From Ophelia neglecta (Eukaryota): DNA of 64,000 nucleotides. The notes under the pieces are model-generated. The model was not told where the DNA came from. It saw only the letters and a program-made list of their open reading frames with translations, and ran no database searches. How positions within the stretch are numbered: position 1 is the stretch's first letter; each line of letters begins with the position of its first letter. The position numbers and the translations under genes were made by a program. Location: contig OZ260664.1 of NCBI GenBank assembly GCA_965285935.1, forward strand, positions 54,932,001 to 54,996,000, given 5' to 3'. Shown here piece by piece: positions 12,301-24,600 of this stretch.

Positions 12301-15300
12301 CTGTTCTGGCTGCAGAATAAGGGAAGCGCCAGTCGAACTATGTGGCACGGACTGACGGTGACCTTGGCTGACACGGAGGAAGACCTGCCCTTCTTTTTAA
12401 GCTACAGGAAAGAAGGCGCCAGGAGCAATGCCAATAAGGAACCAATATCAATGTAAAAATAGGTCACTTGCCGCCAAAACCGACGCTTGGAAATGTATAT
12501 TAATCAGTTCTAAATGACCTGCTACACTCTCAGCCCCTCACTGCTCCAAAGCTGTCAGCTTGAGATAAATGTTTGATGACGATGTGTAACACGAGTAAAA
12601 TTTATCATTTTGCATGCATGCACAAGTTTATGTGGCCCGATCTGGGCGGGCAGCCAGTTTAATATTTCCGAGAAAGAATTGTAGGAATCTTAAAGTTGGT
12701 AATTCTAGTCAGCAGTCTTGCGGACCTCACAGATGTGTGTTTATCTTCTAATTTTCTGCATGGCTGCCCACTGGATCTGGCACGCCAGTCAGCGACTAGG
12801 CACATGCTGGCAGAGCGACAGGGCCCTGCGGGCGACTCGCGCTTCCAGGAATCTGCCCGTCGGGCATTGATAGGGTGGCGCCCACCGTGTCCAATTGAGC
12901 ACAAGGAACTGATTAGATGTACCTATTACTTCCTGTACGATTAAAGGCCAAGGTCAGAATTACTCTCAACTAGAAAGAGAGCAGCTTGGTGATGAATCAG
13001 GAGTACAGTACGACCAGCCAACTGCTCAAAGCCACAGTGTATACCCTTAATCCCTCTTTGTTGCTAGTCTTGCATTGGCTCAGAGTTATAACACAGGTGT
13101 TACAATTTTCACAAGCCCACTGTGTTTACCTGCGAGGATATATAAGGAATCCTATAAATGCGAACATTTACCTAATTATCACACCAGCTATACTAGTAGC
13201 TCATTTCAAGCACCTGATAACCGGTGATATAAGAGGAGTACTTCAAAAAAGTCGGTTAGGCCTATACCGTGTCATTTTAACGCACTAGTCTGGCACCGAT
13301 GAATTGCCAACAAATAACCTATTTTCAGTGGGCCTATACTTTATTTTGTGCTTGGTCAGATATGTTACTTAATCCATACCTATGCGACCCCTCCCCGCTC
13401 ACCCCCCCCCCCCCCTCACCCGCCCCGTCCACTTCCTAGCATGTCACACCCTTGAAAAGTCCCTGGAAAACAATGTGGTCCAAGCAAGCATTTTTTGACA
13501 AAAGCGACCCGCCTGCTTCCTTACTGCAAGGAGCAAACAGCTTTTCTAGACCGAAAAGTCCCTCAGAACTGGCTAGGCCCTTTTCAAACATGTCCAAGTT
13601 GGTTAAGATAGTTTCAGCAAGCGATGCATATGAATTAATAATATTTTGAATTAATGTCCAGTGACCATGCAGTAAGCAATTACACATACTGACTGGTACG
13701 AACGCTGTACTAAGTAAAGAAAGTCTATATACGATGAGAAATGAGGGAGCAGATTATGAAGGGGGCAGGCCGGGAGTGCAGGGCTATGCAGGTCGCCCTA
13801 CTATTGGACAAGTACACTTGTGCACTGCATGTTTTGTGCATCCCATGAATTATATGTATTGGAGAGAAGAAGATAAAGGTATCGGCTCGGACTGCATGGC
13901 AGACAGTGTAATGCTATGGTGCATATGTTGTTACCACGCCCTGTTATAGCCAAACCTCGACCGACAGTGGCCCCTTGAGCATTGTATGGTGTGAATACAT
14001 ATTGGCAAATGAGTCTAAAAATGATGTCCTTTGGCCTTTATGTTTGCCCAAGTTTACACACCATAGACATCTATTGCTGTAATTCCGAATCCCGTAATGT
14101 TCAGGATTTCCGTTCTCTAACAAACTCATGACAAGCCGGCCGACCACCGGATGTAATTGTCTACACGTACATCAGCAAGCCGAGTAAAAAAACATACAGG
14201 TGCTGAAAGTCCCGGAAAAAGTGCTGGAAGTGGTTTGCTCGTTACGCCTATAGGCCAAAGGCAGGTAATAAGCGGGCCCAGCCGGACCTGCTGGGGTGGT
14301 AATGGAAGCCAGCCGACTGGGGTAGTTGTGTCGTGAACGATGAAACGCGGCTCGCTAAGGATCAGCGCCGCTGAGGGAATCAAAGGAGCGTTTACAGGCG
14401 ATTACTGAGCCCAGCCCTTGGCGCACGGCTTTATTATTGAGTTGTCGAGTGAAGTCGTTGGCAGTCACCTGGGCTAATTAACGGCGTTATAATCATTTAC
14501 CCGTTCTCGGCTCCAGCGAGGAGGCTCCCGGTCAGATTTTTGTTCGGTATGGCACTCGTCAGTCCTCGCAGTCTTGAATTATACCGAGGAGAGCAGTAGG
14601 AAAACGCCTCCGACACTGTCTAGTCTGCCCCTACAACAACCGAGGAGAATACACACATAAATTACAACAATAAACCCACTAGTCATACCATCAAAGCCCG
14701 TTTGATCAAGTTGTTGTTATCCTATTTCCAGTAGTTTTAATGGCAGCGATCGCCCTTTCGTTTTTTGACGTGTCATTTCCAGGCCGGGGTAGCACTCAGC
14801 GAATCAATCTGAGTCGCCGACAAGCAGCAGCGAAAAGCGCTTGATCATTATCACGTCGTGGGTTATCGCTTCTTATTTTCCTAAATCATTCAATCAGGGG
14901 GCCCAATTACCAACAGTAGACTGTAACATCGAATTACGGCAGGTCGGGGGCCGCGCTTTGACGGGACTCGCCCGTACGGCTTGGTGCCAGCCAGGATCCC
15001 CGACACATGTTTCGGCGCGGGCCCAGCTGGTTCTCATCAGGTCTGGCGGTAAGGGGAGAGCGAGACTTGCCGACTGGAGTGCCACCAAGGACCTCCATGT
15101 CGCGCCCTCGGATATTTCTACGTCAGCGAGCGTTTTTGATATCCCGACGTCGATGACGGACGGGTAATTGTAAATTGACGGACGCCGAAAAGCCCGCGAC
15201 ACCGAGCCTCCCGGTTATTAAAGTCTCGACTGCCGCCCAAACTCACTGAGAATCGCGTCGAGAGAAATATCGCGCGAAAGATTCCAAAATATGTCTTGCT

Positions 15301-18300
15301 ATCTCGTATACAGTTAAAATATTTCTCTGTCAGGGGGGAAATATTGCTAAAAAAATCAATCCGTTACTTGCAGTAGCCTATCTATTTTTAAAACTCTTCA
15401 TACTCTTTGGTCGATAAACCTATAAATATAGGGGAAGGGTGGAAAAAAAGGAAGTTTGTGGCCAAGGAATTTAAGCGTTTTGATTTCTCTAATCCATATC
15501 ATGTATGCATATTAATGGGCGTTGTTTATCGGACAAGCTGAATCGTTGGCTGCAAAACAGCTTGCCTGATAGCCCGGCAAGGTGGCATATACCTGGATAT
15601 TAATTCGCCCTGACCCGCCCAACAGCGATAAGTCTGACATGGTGTTTCACAAATTTATCTTAGAGCGTCCGGGAGGAATTTATTGGCGGCGTGAGGTCCC
15701 GTGCAAAAAGCCGGGTATATGCCTCCCCTACAGACCCGAAATGACGTGAAGGCCCTTCCGATGTCAGCAGCGCATTCCCTCTAATAACCGCCCCGTGAAA
15801 GCCAAGATAACTGTATTATAAACGGCCCCGGGAGTCTTGGCAGGCGGGCACGAAGGATGCTGTCTTGTGGCGGCTGCAGCCGCCCTCAAGCACAGCATCC
15901 TCGGCGTGCTCCCCTGCCTACTGAAGCCCATTTTATAGCTCGGCTTCCATGGGGGCTAAGGAAGCCGGGTATTTGGACATCTCCGCCAGGGGTTGTCTCC
16001 CACCCATGATACCCGTGATTTATGTATCAAATACCAGCCCAGCCTGGCGAGAGAGATTGGCTATTAAATGGCACCTGTAATCCATTCTGATATGAAAAGA
16101 GTATCGGTAACTGGGAGTGCCTCTCCAAATAACCCGGCTGTATGTGATTTAAGTCGAGGCTGTACTGAAGCTGCCATGTTATATCGCCTGACTCGGCTAA
16201 CTTCACAGGAATTGAGGAGTTGGACCCATCAAGTTGTACCCTGGTGCGGTAAGGCCCGCCCGTTAATAGCCCTGTCAGCAGGCCCGAAATCAATACAGAT
16301 ATTTTCTGCTAATTCATCAGATATCTAAACCTCTTATCTATCGAGTTGATGACACCAATAATACACATCATAATTCCGGTGACGATAAGCGCGGTCAGAT
16401 GCCTATTATACTGAAGGTGTCGGGATATCCAGGAAACTAATTTGACAATCTATAGGGCAAGATCTCATCTTCTTACTTACTGTCAACAATTCCACCATTA
16501 AATATGAGTTCCAGATGCAGAATATTCATTTTCATATAATATAATCTAATCTTCTCAACAATGGGTGTAAAAAACCTCACAAATTTGTGTGAAACAATTT
16601 ATCCACACATACATATAGAAAACAAGTTCACTGTATTTTGGTTACAGATATCCCTGATGAAGAGATCATTGCAGCAATAGCAGCGGAGAAGACATCTTAT
16701 CTGACATCTACAAGACATAACAATTAATATATTACGTATATCTATTTTGGCATTTACCCTCCCTCTGTCGGTGTATATTAATGTACAGCCCGGAAGTCGA
16801 AAGAGATTAGACTTTAGGTACGAAAGTGAGGAGCTCTGAGGCCCTGAGGGCCCGTCAAGGCCCCCTGAAGAGCCCCACCCTCCTGGAGGACCGTCGATCC
16901 TGTCTGCCCTAGCCCTGACCGAAATGTCACATCTCTCTGAAGACATAAAACTGAGAACAGAGCTTTAGAGTGGACACCGCCTCACTTTAGCTCCTCGAGG
17001 GTAAGTTTTACTGGTTAATGGGACCCAGGATAATGGGCTCAAACATCTGGAAGCAATGGCTTTTTGGTATGAAACAGTATCCGAGAACAGTCAGAGACGA
17101 ATCCCTCTATTTCAACAGCACAAAGGTGGTAAATGATCTGGCCACATCTACAGATAGGCTTTGGAAAGCCAGTTCCGGGACTGATCAAACATTTCAACCA
17201 CATTTCACACCTGACCTCTAGACTTGACCTCCACTGCTTACAATTTACTCTGCTCCCGAGGCGGATACAGCCATTGCTAAAACAATATAAAATGCTTCAT
17301 GGAATGGCCATTAAAATCATCAGAGACCAGATATGTTTCTGTCTCGTCTTTCAGCTATAGCTTAGCTGTCTTAATCTCCTCACTTTGGTGGTGTTTCATT
17401 TGACAATGTATATAGGTATCATTGAGTGCTGTCAGCCAGCTTAACTTCGTAACCTTTCTATAGGAGATAGTCAGTGGTGTTTTGAATAGTCATTTGAAAC
17501 GCAAAATACTCACCTATGGTTCTTATTATAAGCCCATGGCAGGTGGCTGAAAAACAGTGACCCTTCCCATAGGCCTAAATATATAGGCCTACTAGGTTAT
17601 AAGCCCAATAAAACCCAAATAAACTCAAACAGGCCAGAGATAAACAGCCTCCCTCAAACAGAGAAAACTAAAATTGGCATGTAAGGCCATCATGTGAAAC
17701 CCCAGGAACCGGTCAAAGACACCCGCAGATATCATCACAGAGGTTTATCTTCTTAATCGGTTTATGAAAGCACCCCGGGGGTAATAGCTACTAAGAATAC
17801 AGAGAATACATGGATTTCGGGTCTATTCAGCCAATATTTTCACTAACCCTAAACGTCACAACCAGGTTCACGGCCGACTTAACCCACGACCAACCATTAC
17901 CTTATCAATTTGATGGACTTAAGACTAAACAAAGCCCGGCAGACGAGGGGGGCAGACGACAGTCTTTCACAAAGGTAAATATAATGGCGTTAATGATGTC
18001 TGGTCAAAGACTCTCACCAGGACCTCGTACAATACCAAGGCCTCTATCTTGGCTTCCATCTCCCAGCTCAGCAGGGTAACCCAACAGCTGTCCTTTGTCG
18101 TCTTATTACAGACAAACAACCGTAGAACAAACGGCAAGGTTTTTAACAGCGAGACACGCTGGTAGGTTAATTATTGGGTAATAATCAGCCACCAAGAGAA
18201 ACCTTCGCTTTTTACCTTCCATGACTAGCTGTATAGTCCGATTTCCGGCTGATGCGGAAACGAGAATTTCAATATAATCTTCTCTTTGTGTGAATAAGGA

Positions 18301-20744
18301 ATCAATTTAAAGGGGTTTAATTGGCATAATAAGAATAGGTCCACTGAAACAACCAGGGCTATTTATACTATTACTTTCGGGAAGAAGTGGGTGTAGAAAA
18401 TATACAATTTCATCTACGCCAGTGAACAATGAAGATGATGAATGAATAGTGTATACTTAGATTTTTGTCTCCGAGACCATATATGGACTGTACTCAAGTT
18501 ACAAATAACATCAGGAGAGCTCAACGGGGCTTATTAGGCCTAATATATCTCAGCTGCTTACAAAAGAGGCCTATTACTATTAAAGTTCGTCCTGACAGTC
18601 GATAGTATGCCGAGAAGAGAGACTGTCACGGAATTTCGTGTCAATTTCAGAAGACGTGTGCACACGTCACCAGTGCTCGCAATTTGCCTACGTCTCGCGT
18701 GGCTCACAGCTGAGTTATATAAGTGTATAGGCTGCCTAACTCTACTCTGATCATCATACAACTGCTACCGAAATGTGTTAAAGTTGTGACAGACGAGATA
18801 AAAACAATCTCACTTTCAATTTGAGATTCTCACGTTATTATATGGGGAAGCTATAGCAAGAGATTCGATACGTTTACAATTTTTAGAGCCATTTTTAAAC
18901 ATAGAATTTCCTGGGGGTTAGTTGATAAACACGATCAGAGTGCCTGTATCTGCACGGTGTATTTAGCCAGGGTCGCCGTGTATCGAGTACCCAGCCTCAG
19001 GGATCGTATTCGCGTTTGTGACTACGGAGTCAGATACATTGGCGACACCTCAATTATTTCCGCTAGCCGGGCATTATGGGGCTATTAGTGCGGGCTGGCT
19101 GCCGACAGGCCCATAATGTAACGCAGCACCTACTTCAAAGTCTGGGAAACTCGCATATACCTAGTACTGAATAGGGTGCTGTGAATTATTTCCTAAATTT
19201 AAGAGTAATTTTAGGCTATTAAAACGGGTCTATGACCTTCAGTGGCTAAATGAAAAGACGGGAAATTTAACAGAATATAATTACTTTTTTTTTTAAATAT
19301 TACCGGCGTCAGACAGCTGTTATGGCTCCAGCCATCCTACACGGCTCCAATCAACCGCTATGTATGTATCATCGACATTCACAGGCAGCTAGAACTGTTA
19401 ACCCAATTCTATGCCCTTGTTCACAAAAACGTTAAAGTACTGGGTTTACTGAATGTGACTGCACGACTCCCAGGGCTGACTTTCTGCTCCGCAAGTCTGG
19501 GACCAGGCTAGATATTTTTCTTGTGGACGTTTTTGGATGTCAGTAGTTCAGGTTACCCCCGGTTAATCCGATGATAGACGGCCTGGTGACAAGCCTAAGT
19601 GACCGGTGGCTAAGGTTGTCTAATCCCCCGTGACACTGATCTGGCTCCCGTGGGGACGGGGAACCTTCCCGCGGAGAGGTAGTCAGGCACGGGAGGAGGC
19701 CGGGTCGTCCTGGGTACTATACCCGGTATATCATATAATGTTACTCCAGGGAGCACCTGGCCCTTGTCAACAGACAAGCGGGAGCTTTGATAACCATCTA
19801 TATTAAAGCCATACATTCACTTCCAATATCGGTAACGCTCCATACCCATAAAGATCTGGTTTGGAACTCAAATTCCGTCCAGCTAGGGATTGTACCGAAC
19901 ATAAAAATAATCACCCCACTCGGTTCAACAATTATGCAAATTAAATATTCATCCTATTTTTGTTCAACAATAACGCAGAATTGAAAAAGTAAACACGGAG
20001 CCTGCAGGCTTTCCCCTAGGGCCTATCAATCTGGGCTTAGGCATATATCTTACTAGTAAGGGGTCCGGGGCTAAACAAATGTAAGTATCTGCATGGGTCA
20101 TGCTTCACCAAATTCCAGGTATCTCTCTGATCGACATGTTATTTTCTCGGCAGTGCCTCGCATTTCGATCGCCTCCATGCTCCAGGTTTTATTTTGCCAA
20201 CAAAACATAGGTATTTTACTGCGAAAACGCACCTTTGTTCTGGCATGAGATGTCTGAATTTTGAATGTTTATGAATGTGTTCTGTTTTTATGGGGGTAAA
20301 TTGGTCCCGTCTGACAAGTTGTCTGCATTTTGAAATTATCTGCGTCGCGTCAGTTATTTTCTGTATACAATCTGCGCTTTGATTGCAGCAGCATTTGACC
20401 CGTTTTCCCATTAATAATTCAGTAAGCCCATTAAAAAACATTAGAAATAATATTATGTGTTGCTTTTTATATGGTTACAAAATACCATTATTGATTAGTA
20501 AGTTCATCCCCGAATGAACTCCTTATACACAGATACATTCCCGTAAATTAAACTCCTGTTTGTAAATCACCGATTATGGCCTGCGAATCAATTTCCAATC
20601 TGTTTTGCTCCACTCTGTCTTGATAAATGGCCATTGAGGTAATTGAAAACTGCAAGATATATTTTACAATTGAAAACATGTTAAAAGAGAAACTCTGAGC
20701 ACTCGATCTGCCAAAATCTCTTGTTGCCAACGTTGAGACATAGA

Positions 20745-21160
20745 GCACTGCGACAAGTTTCATTGAAATCGGATGAGAAATGCGACCACAATGGACTGTT
20801 ATTAACCAACGCAACCGATCACATAAAACACGTACGGAGAGAGGGCGGAGGGGATGCGGGGTTGGGGAAACAACCATTTTTAGCTGTTAACAAGAGACAC
20901 ACTATCGAAACCGGTCACATAAAACACGGGCACAAGCGAGGGAAGATATATGCGATCATAATAGGAGGTTAACAACAAATATATAGATCCAACCGGTCAC
21001 ATAAAGCACGTAGGGCGGAGGGGTGGGTGGGTTGGGCGGGGGCCGATACATCAAGAGCACAGAGGTCATCTACCGTCGGGTACATCAAGAACATGGTCTT
21101 ATTCCCTCGGACTCATTAATCGCAAAGTGGTCAGATTCCATTGGACACATCAAGAGCACA
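20745..21160 (+). repeat. Triplicated module AACCGRTCACATAAARCACG (about 20813, 20909, 20991) plus ACATCAAGA x3; probably a decayed interspersed repeat
   Basis: Direct repeats are visible. They are preceded by AAGTTTCATTGAAATCGG, which resembles the core of Helitron/Helentron-derived short repeats of invertebrates (family assignment is inference). Confidence 0.5.
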
Positions 21161-21233
21161 CGAAAACACAGTATTCACATTTCCTGCTGCCCATTATATT
21201 CGTCAACAGAGCTGTGAAGTCACATACTTTGAA

Positions 21234-21675
21234 TCCCTTTTTGTTCTAACATTCCTTCACCTTCACCTTCCGTTATACCTATAACCTTCACCCTCCACCT
21301 TAAACCTTCCCCTTCAACCTGAACCCTCCCTCCCCTTCAACCTTCACCTTCACCTTAAGCCTTCACCTTAAACCTTCAACTTAAACCTTCAACTTAAACC
21401 TTCACCTTTCTTCCCCTTCACCTTAAACATTCACCTTCACCTTCAACCTTCACCTTCAACCTTCACCTTAAACCTTCACCTTCAACCTTCCCCTTAAAGC
21501 TAGAACATTCACCTTCCTTCACTTTCATATAACGCTGCAAATACACAGTACAAATGATCTGTCGAATAAAGTATACGAAATAAGATAGGATAGGGCCTAA
21601 TGCTGTCGTCTTAAGACCTAGCTGTCGAACTTTGACAAATTTCTTCGCCGTGGAAACTCCACGGGCCACTGCTAG
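21234..21675 (+). mobile_element. Non-autonomous Helitron-like remnant with an internal (CCTTCA)n microsatellite
   Basis: 3' signature: hairpin CCGTGGA-aac-TCCACGG (21648-21664), then CTAG (21672-21675) followed by T. The 5' end (A|TC at 21234) is tentative. Confidence 0.5.
21253..21527. repeat. Degenerate (CCTTCA/CCTTAAA)n simple repeat
   Basis: About 275 bp of ACCTTC, ACCTTAA and ACCTTCA units; strongly pyrimidine-biased on the plus strand. Confidence 0.9.
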
Positions 21676-24600
21676 TATGCTATGCGTATATCAAGGAAGG
21701 GTCTATAGAGGGCCTTGGCTTGTACATAGTTCTACCTTTCCGTTAATGACAAGCTTTCAAAATATTAAAAGCAGACTATCCCCAAGTTTCTGAGGACAGA
21801 TTCGGGTTTTAAACCAACTCGTGCCTCATCTCTCCCCATTTCAAACTGCTCACGTACAGAGACTCGAGAGATTTTGGTCAATAGTGCAGCACTCTGTCCT
21901 ATAATTAAAAATCTACAGATTCGATTAACATTGGAGAACCATTAGATTAATATGCATTGGCATATGCCACTGTCCCTTTGTTAAGAACAGTCGGGTGGCC
22001 AACAAAGCGCAATATGCTGGAACCAATCGAATAATGGGGAAAATAAATAGAATTATTGGAAATTATGTCTCATGGTGTCGTGCAAATGGCATGGCAAGAG
22101 CACGACTGGGAGTTAGCAAATGGACATTTAGTAGGACATCTCTTGGAACACGAGAGGAGGCAATCACGAATTAGAGGCTAAATTCCTAATAGAATTGTCC
22201 ACCCTCCAAAACCGATACGTGAGCCAGCAAATAACAAGGCAGCTCTCTAGGGCTTAGCACCGAAACAAAATGAACATGGTGAACTCAGCCGACAGGCGTG
22301 TGCGAACAGACTGGGCTCCTATAGCTATACAAGTCATCAGCACGGTTCTCCCCAGAGCTTTAGCAGCCATTTTGCTGCTTTTCATATAACATTATTAATT
22401 ATTTACGAGTGGCTTGCTTCCTTCACGTTCTTTATTCCCGACAAGCAAAGCATGCCAAGTGATTTGACTCAGCGAAGTCAAGCGCTACATTATATTGTCT
22501 GCACCGTCTGTCTCTTTCTTCGCCCAAAACAAATATTTTATCTCATTTCTAAAGCACATTGCCCAGAAGCTGAGACGTAGTCTATCAAAGACTCGTATGT
22601 ATAAGTAACTGTCAAGTTGTAGGTTTTCTTGAGGTACGTCGGCCCAAATGTGTCCTGACAGTCCATTGCTGACAACATGATGCTTTGGCAGCGGTCGTCG
22701 CCAGCACACAATGGAAGGTGATTTGGTTAAAACAATAATATACTTTATCCCAGCCTGGTGGATTGTGTTTATTCCAAAAAAGCACAAGGGAAACATTTAC
22801 AATAGTAAATACAATATGAACTTTGCGACAATTAAACCGCATTCATCATTGTCAAGGAAATGGGTCACGCGTTGTTTTACCTCGCATCATACACCTATAG
22901 ATATAAATTATTGTTTTATACATAAAACAATTTCATATTGTGTAAAATGAAATATGTCGGGTGTAACATAAACTGTCTGTCAAGACAAGGCCACGGGGAC
23001 ATAAATGATGAGATGGCTGACAAAGGACGGCGGCATGTGGCCATCGTATGGTGGCTGACCACCCAGTCAAGCCGAACCATTTATAGAGATCTTAATCCCA
23101 ATCTTTGACTGGCCCACCAATGGATTAGCCAGTGCTTATCCCCCCGACTCCCAGTCCATCCCCGGGGAGGGCCAGGGTCATCCAGACCGCCCCACACACA
23201 CCACCCACTGACAATAATAAAATGATCATTTTCCACGCCATCGCTTTTCTAATCATTCGTCTTGAATAGACCGGGAATCCTCGAGTTAGGGAATTCGTGT
23301 GGACGATGTATTAGCACGACAAATGACCCGTTACTGACTACAATTATTGGACAAACATGGCACATTAGCCATCAGCGCAGCTGGTACCATCTTCATGCAA
23401 AAATAAATTGACTACTGCAAATGGTGTAGGAAGATCTCGATGAGCTCATGGGTTCAAGGCGAACCTCCTGTAGATACTTCAAATGGTGATGGCTTCCCCG
23501 CATAGACACGCCCATGAAAAGCTTTGACTATTATTATATAATAATTATGACTGTAAGTCGAGTGTAAACTTTATTAATAGTAGAGTTAATAGCTTCAAGG
23601 AGTCTCAATGAGTCTGTCATCAAAACTACAATTCGTGCTAATGTCATGGGGCATCATTTTGTACATTTAAATATCATAAAATTCATCTTGGCTTTCGTAA
23701 CGACGTTAGCCATTGTTATCAAGGTAACCGGGTATTTCTATCGGCGACGCCATCATATTGAAACTCTATATGCATCTAATTGGTGTTGTCTTCACAAATT
23801 TAGCCATTTGACGTCTGTAAAGAACGCTGTAGTAATATATTGTAACCCTTTTAGTGGGGTCGTTATAAAAAGCCACTGCGAGAGAATGCCAGCCCTAATG
23901 GAATCTCGCCCGGCTTGGTATCTTTGAGTATATATACAAGGAGACCTGGCGATTGTGTCTGTCTTTGATGGCACATCACTAACATAGTCTGGCTGTTAAT
24001 GAAATCCGTCATTTTTGGCACCTTTAGACCCCGGAGGTGTAAATTTGCCAGTCTGGCGTTTGGCCGTGTGTAAATGATTCCTTTTAGAGGCTGGCGGGCG
24101 GGAGGATTGGCGGGCCAGCATGCTTCACCCCGGCGCCAGCACAAACCTAGTCTACCAACCTTATCACCTGACCCTGTCAGTTCAAATGGAGGCAAACTAA
24201 CAAGACTATTCACCCCGAACCCTCGCTTCTTGATCATGCCAAGTCTCGCAGGCAAGACAGGGGTATAGGGCCATCAACCCATTGAAAGCCGAAACCTTTT
24301 AATTTTACATAAAATCTCTTCAAATGAACCCAACCGCCGGCAAATAAATTGCCAAGGGGTCTAGACGACGTTGGCGATACCCAGATAGCATTCAACTGTA
24401 GGTATCGTATGTATTCCTTTCCTAAACCAAACTAGTCCCAAAGAACTGAGATCGCTATCCCAGCAATTTACACTGTGATAGTAATAAAAAAAACTTGGCA
24501 TACATTTGTCAAATAAACTATACCTGTTGTCTGCAGTTTTTATCAATCAACGTTTTATTCTTTCATGGGCTCTGCCATAGGTATGTCGCCAGTAATATGA

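Noticed and set aside
8602-13135. Possible recursive splice sites on the minus strand (ccccgtcag|gtgagg near 8608; cctcgcag|gtaaac near 13130)
   Set aside because: The pyrimidine tracts are short, and a few AG|GT matches are expected by chance in 58 kb. Saw-tooth nascent RNA coverage would be needed to support them.
15003-15046. Hammerhead-like core on the minus strand (CTGATGA...CGAAAC); similar CTGATGA words near 6790, 8393, 16315 and 39704
   Set aside because: Stem II cannot form, or GAAA does not follow the stem. No complete three-stem fold was found.
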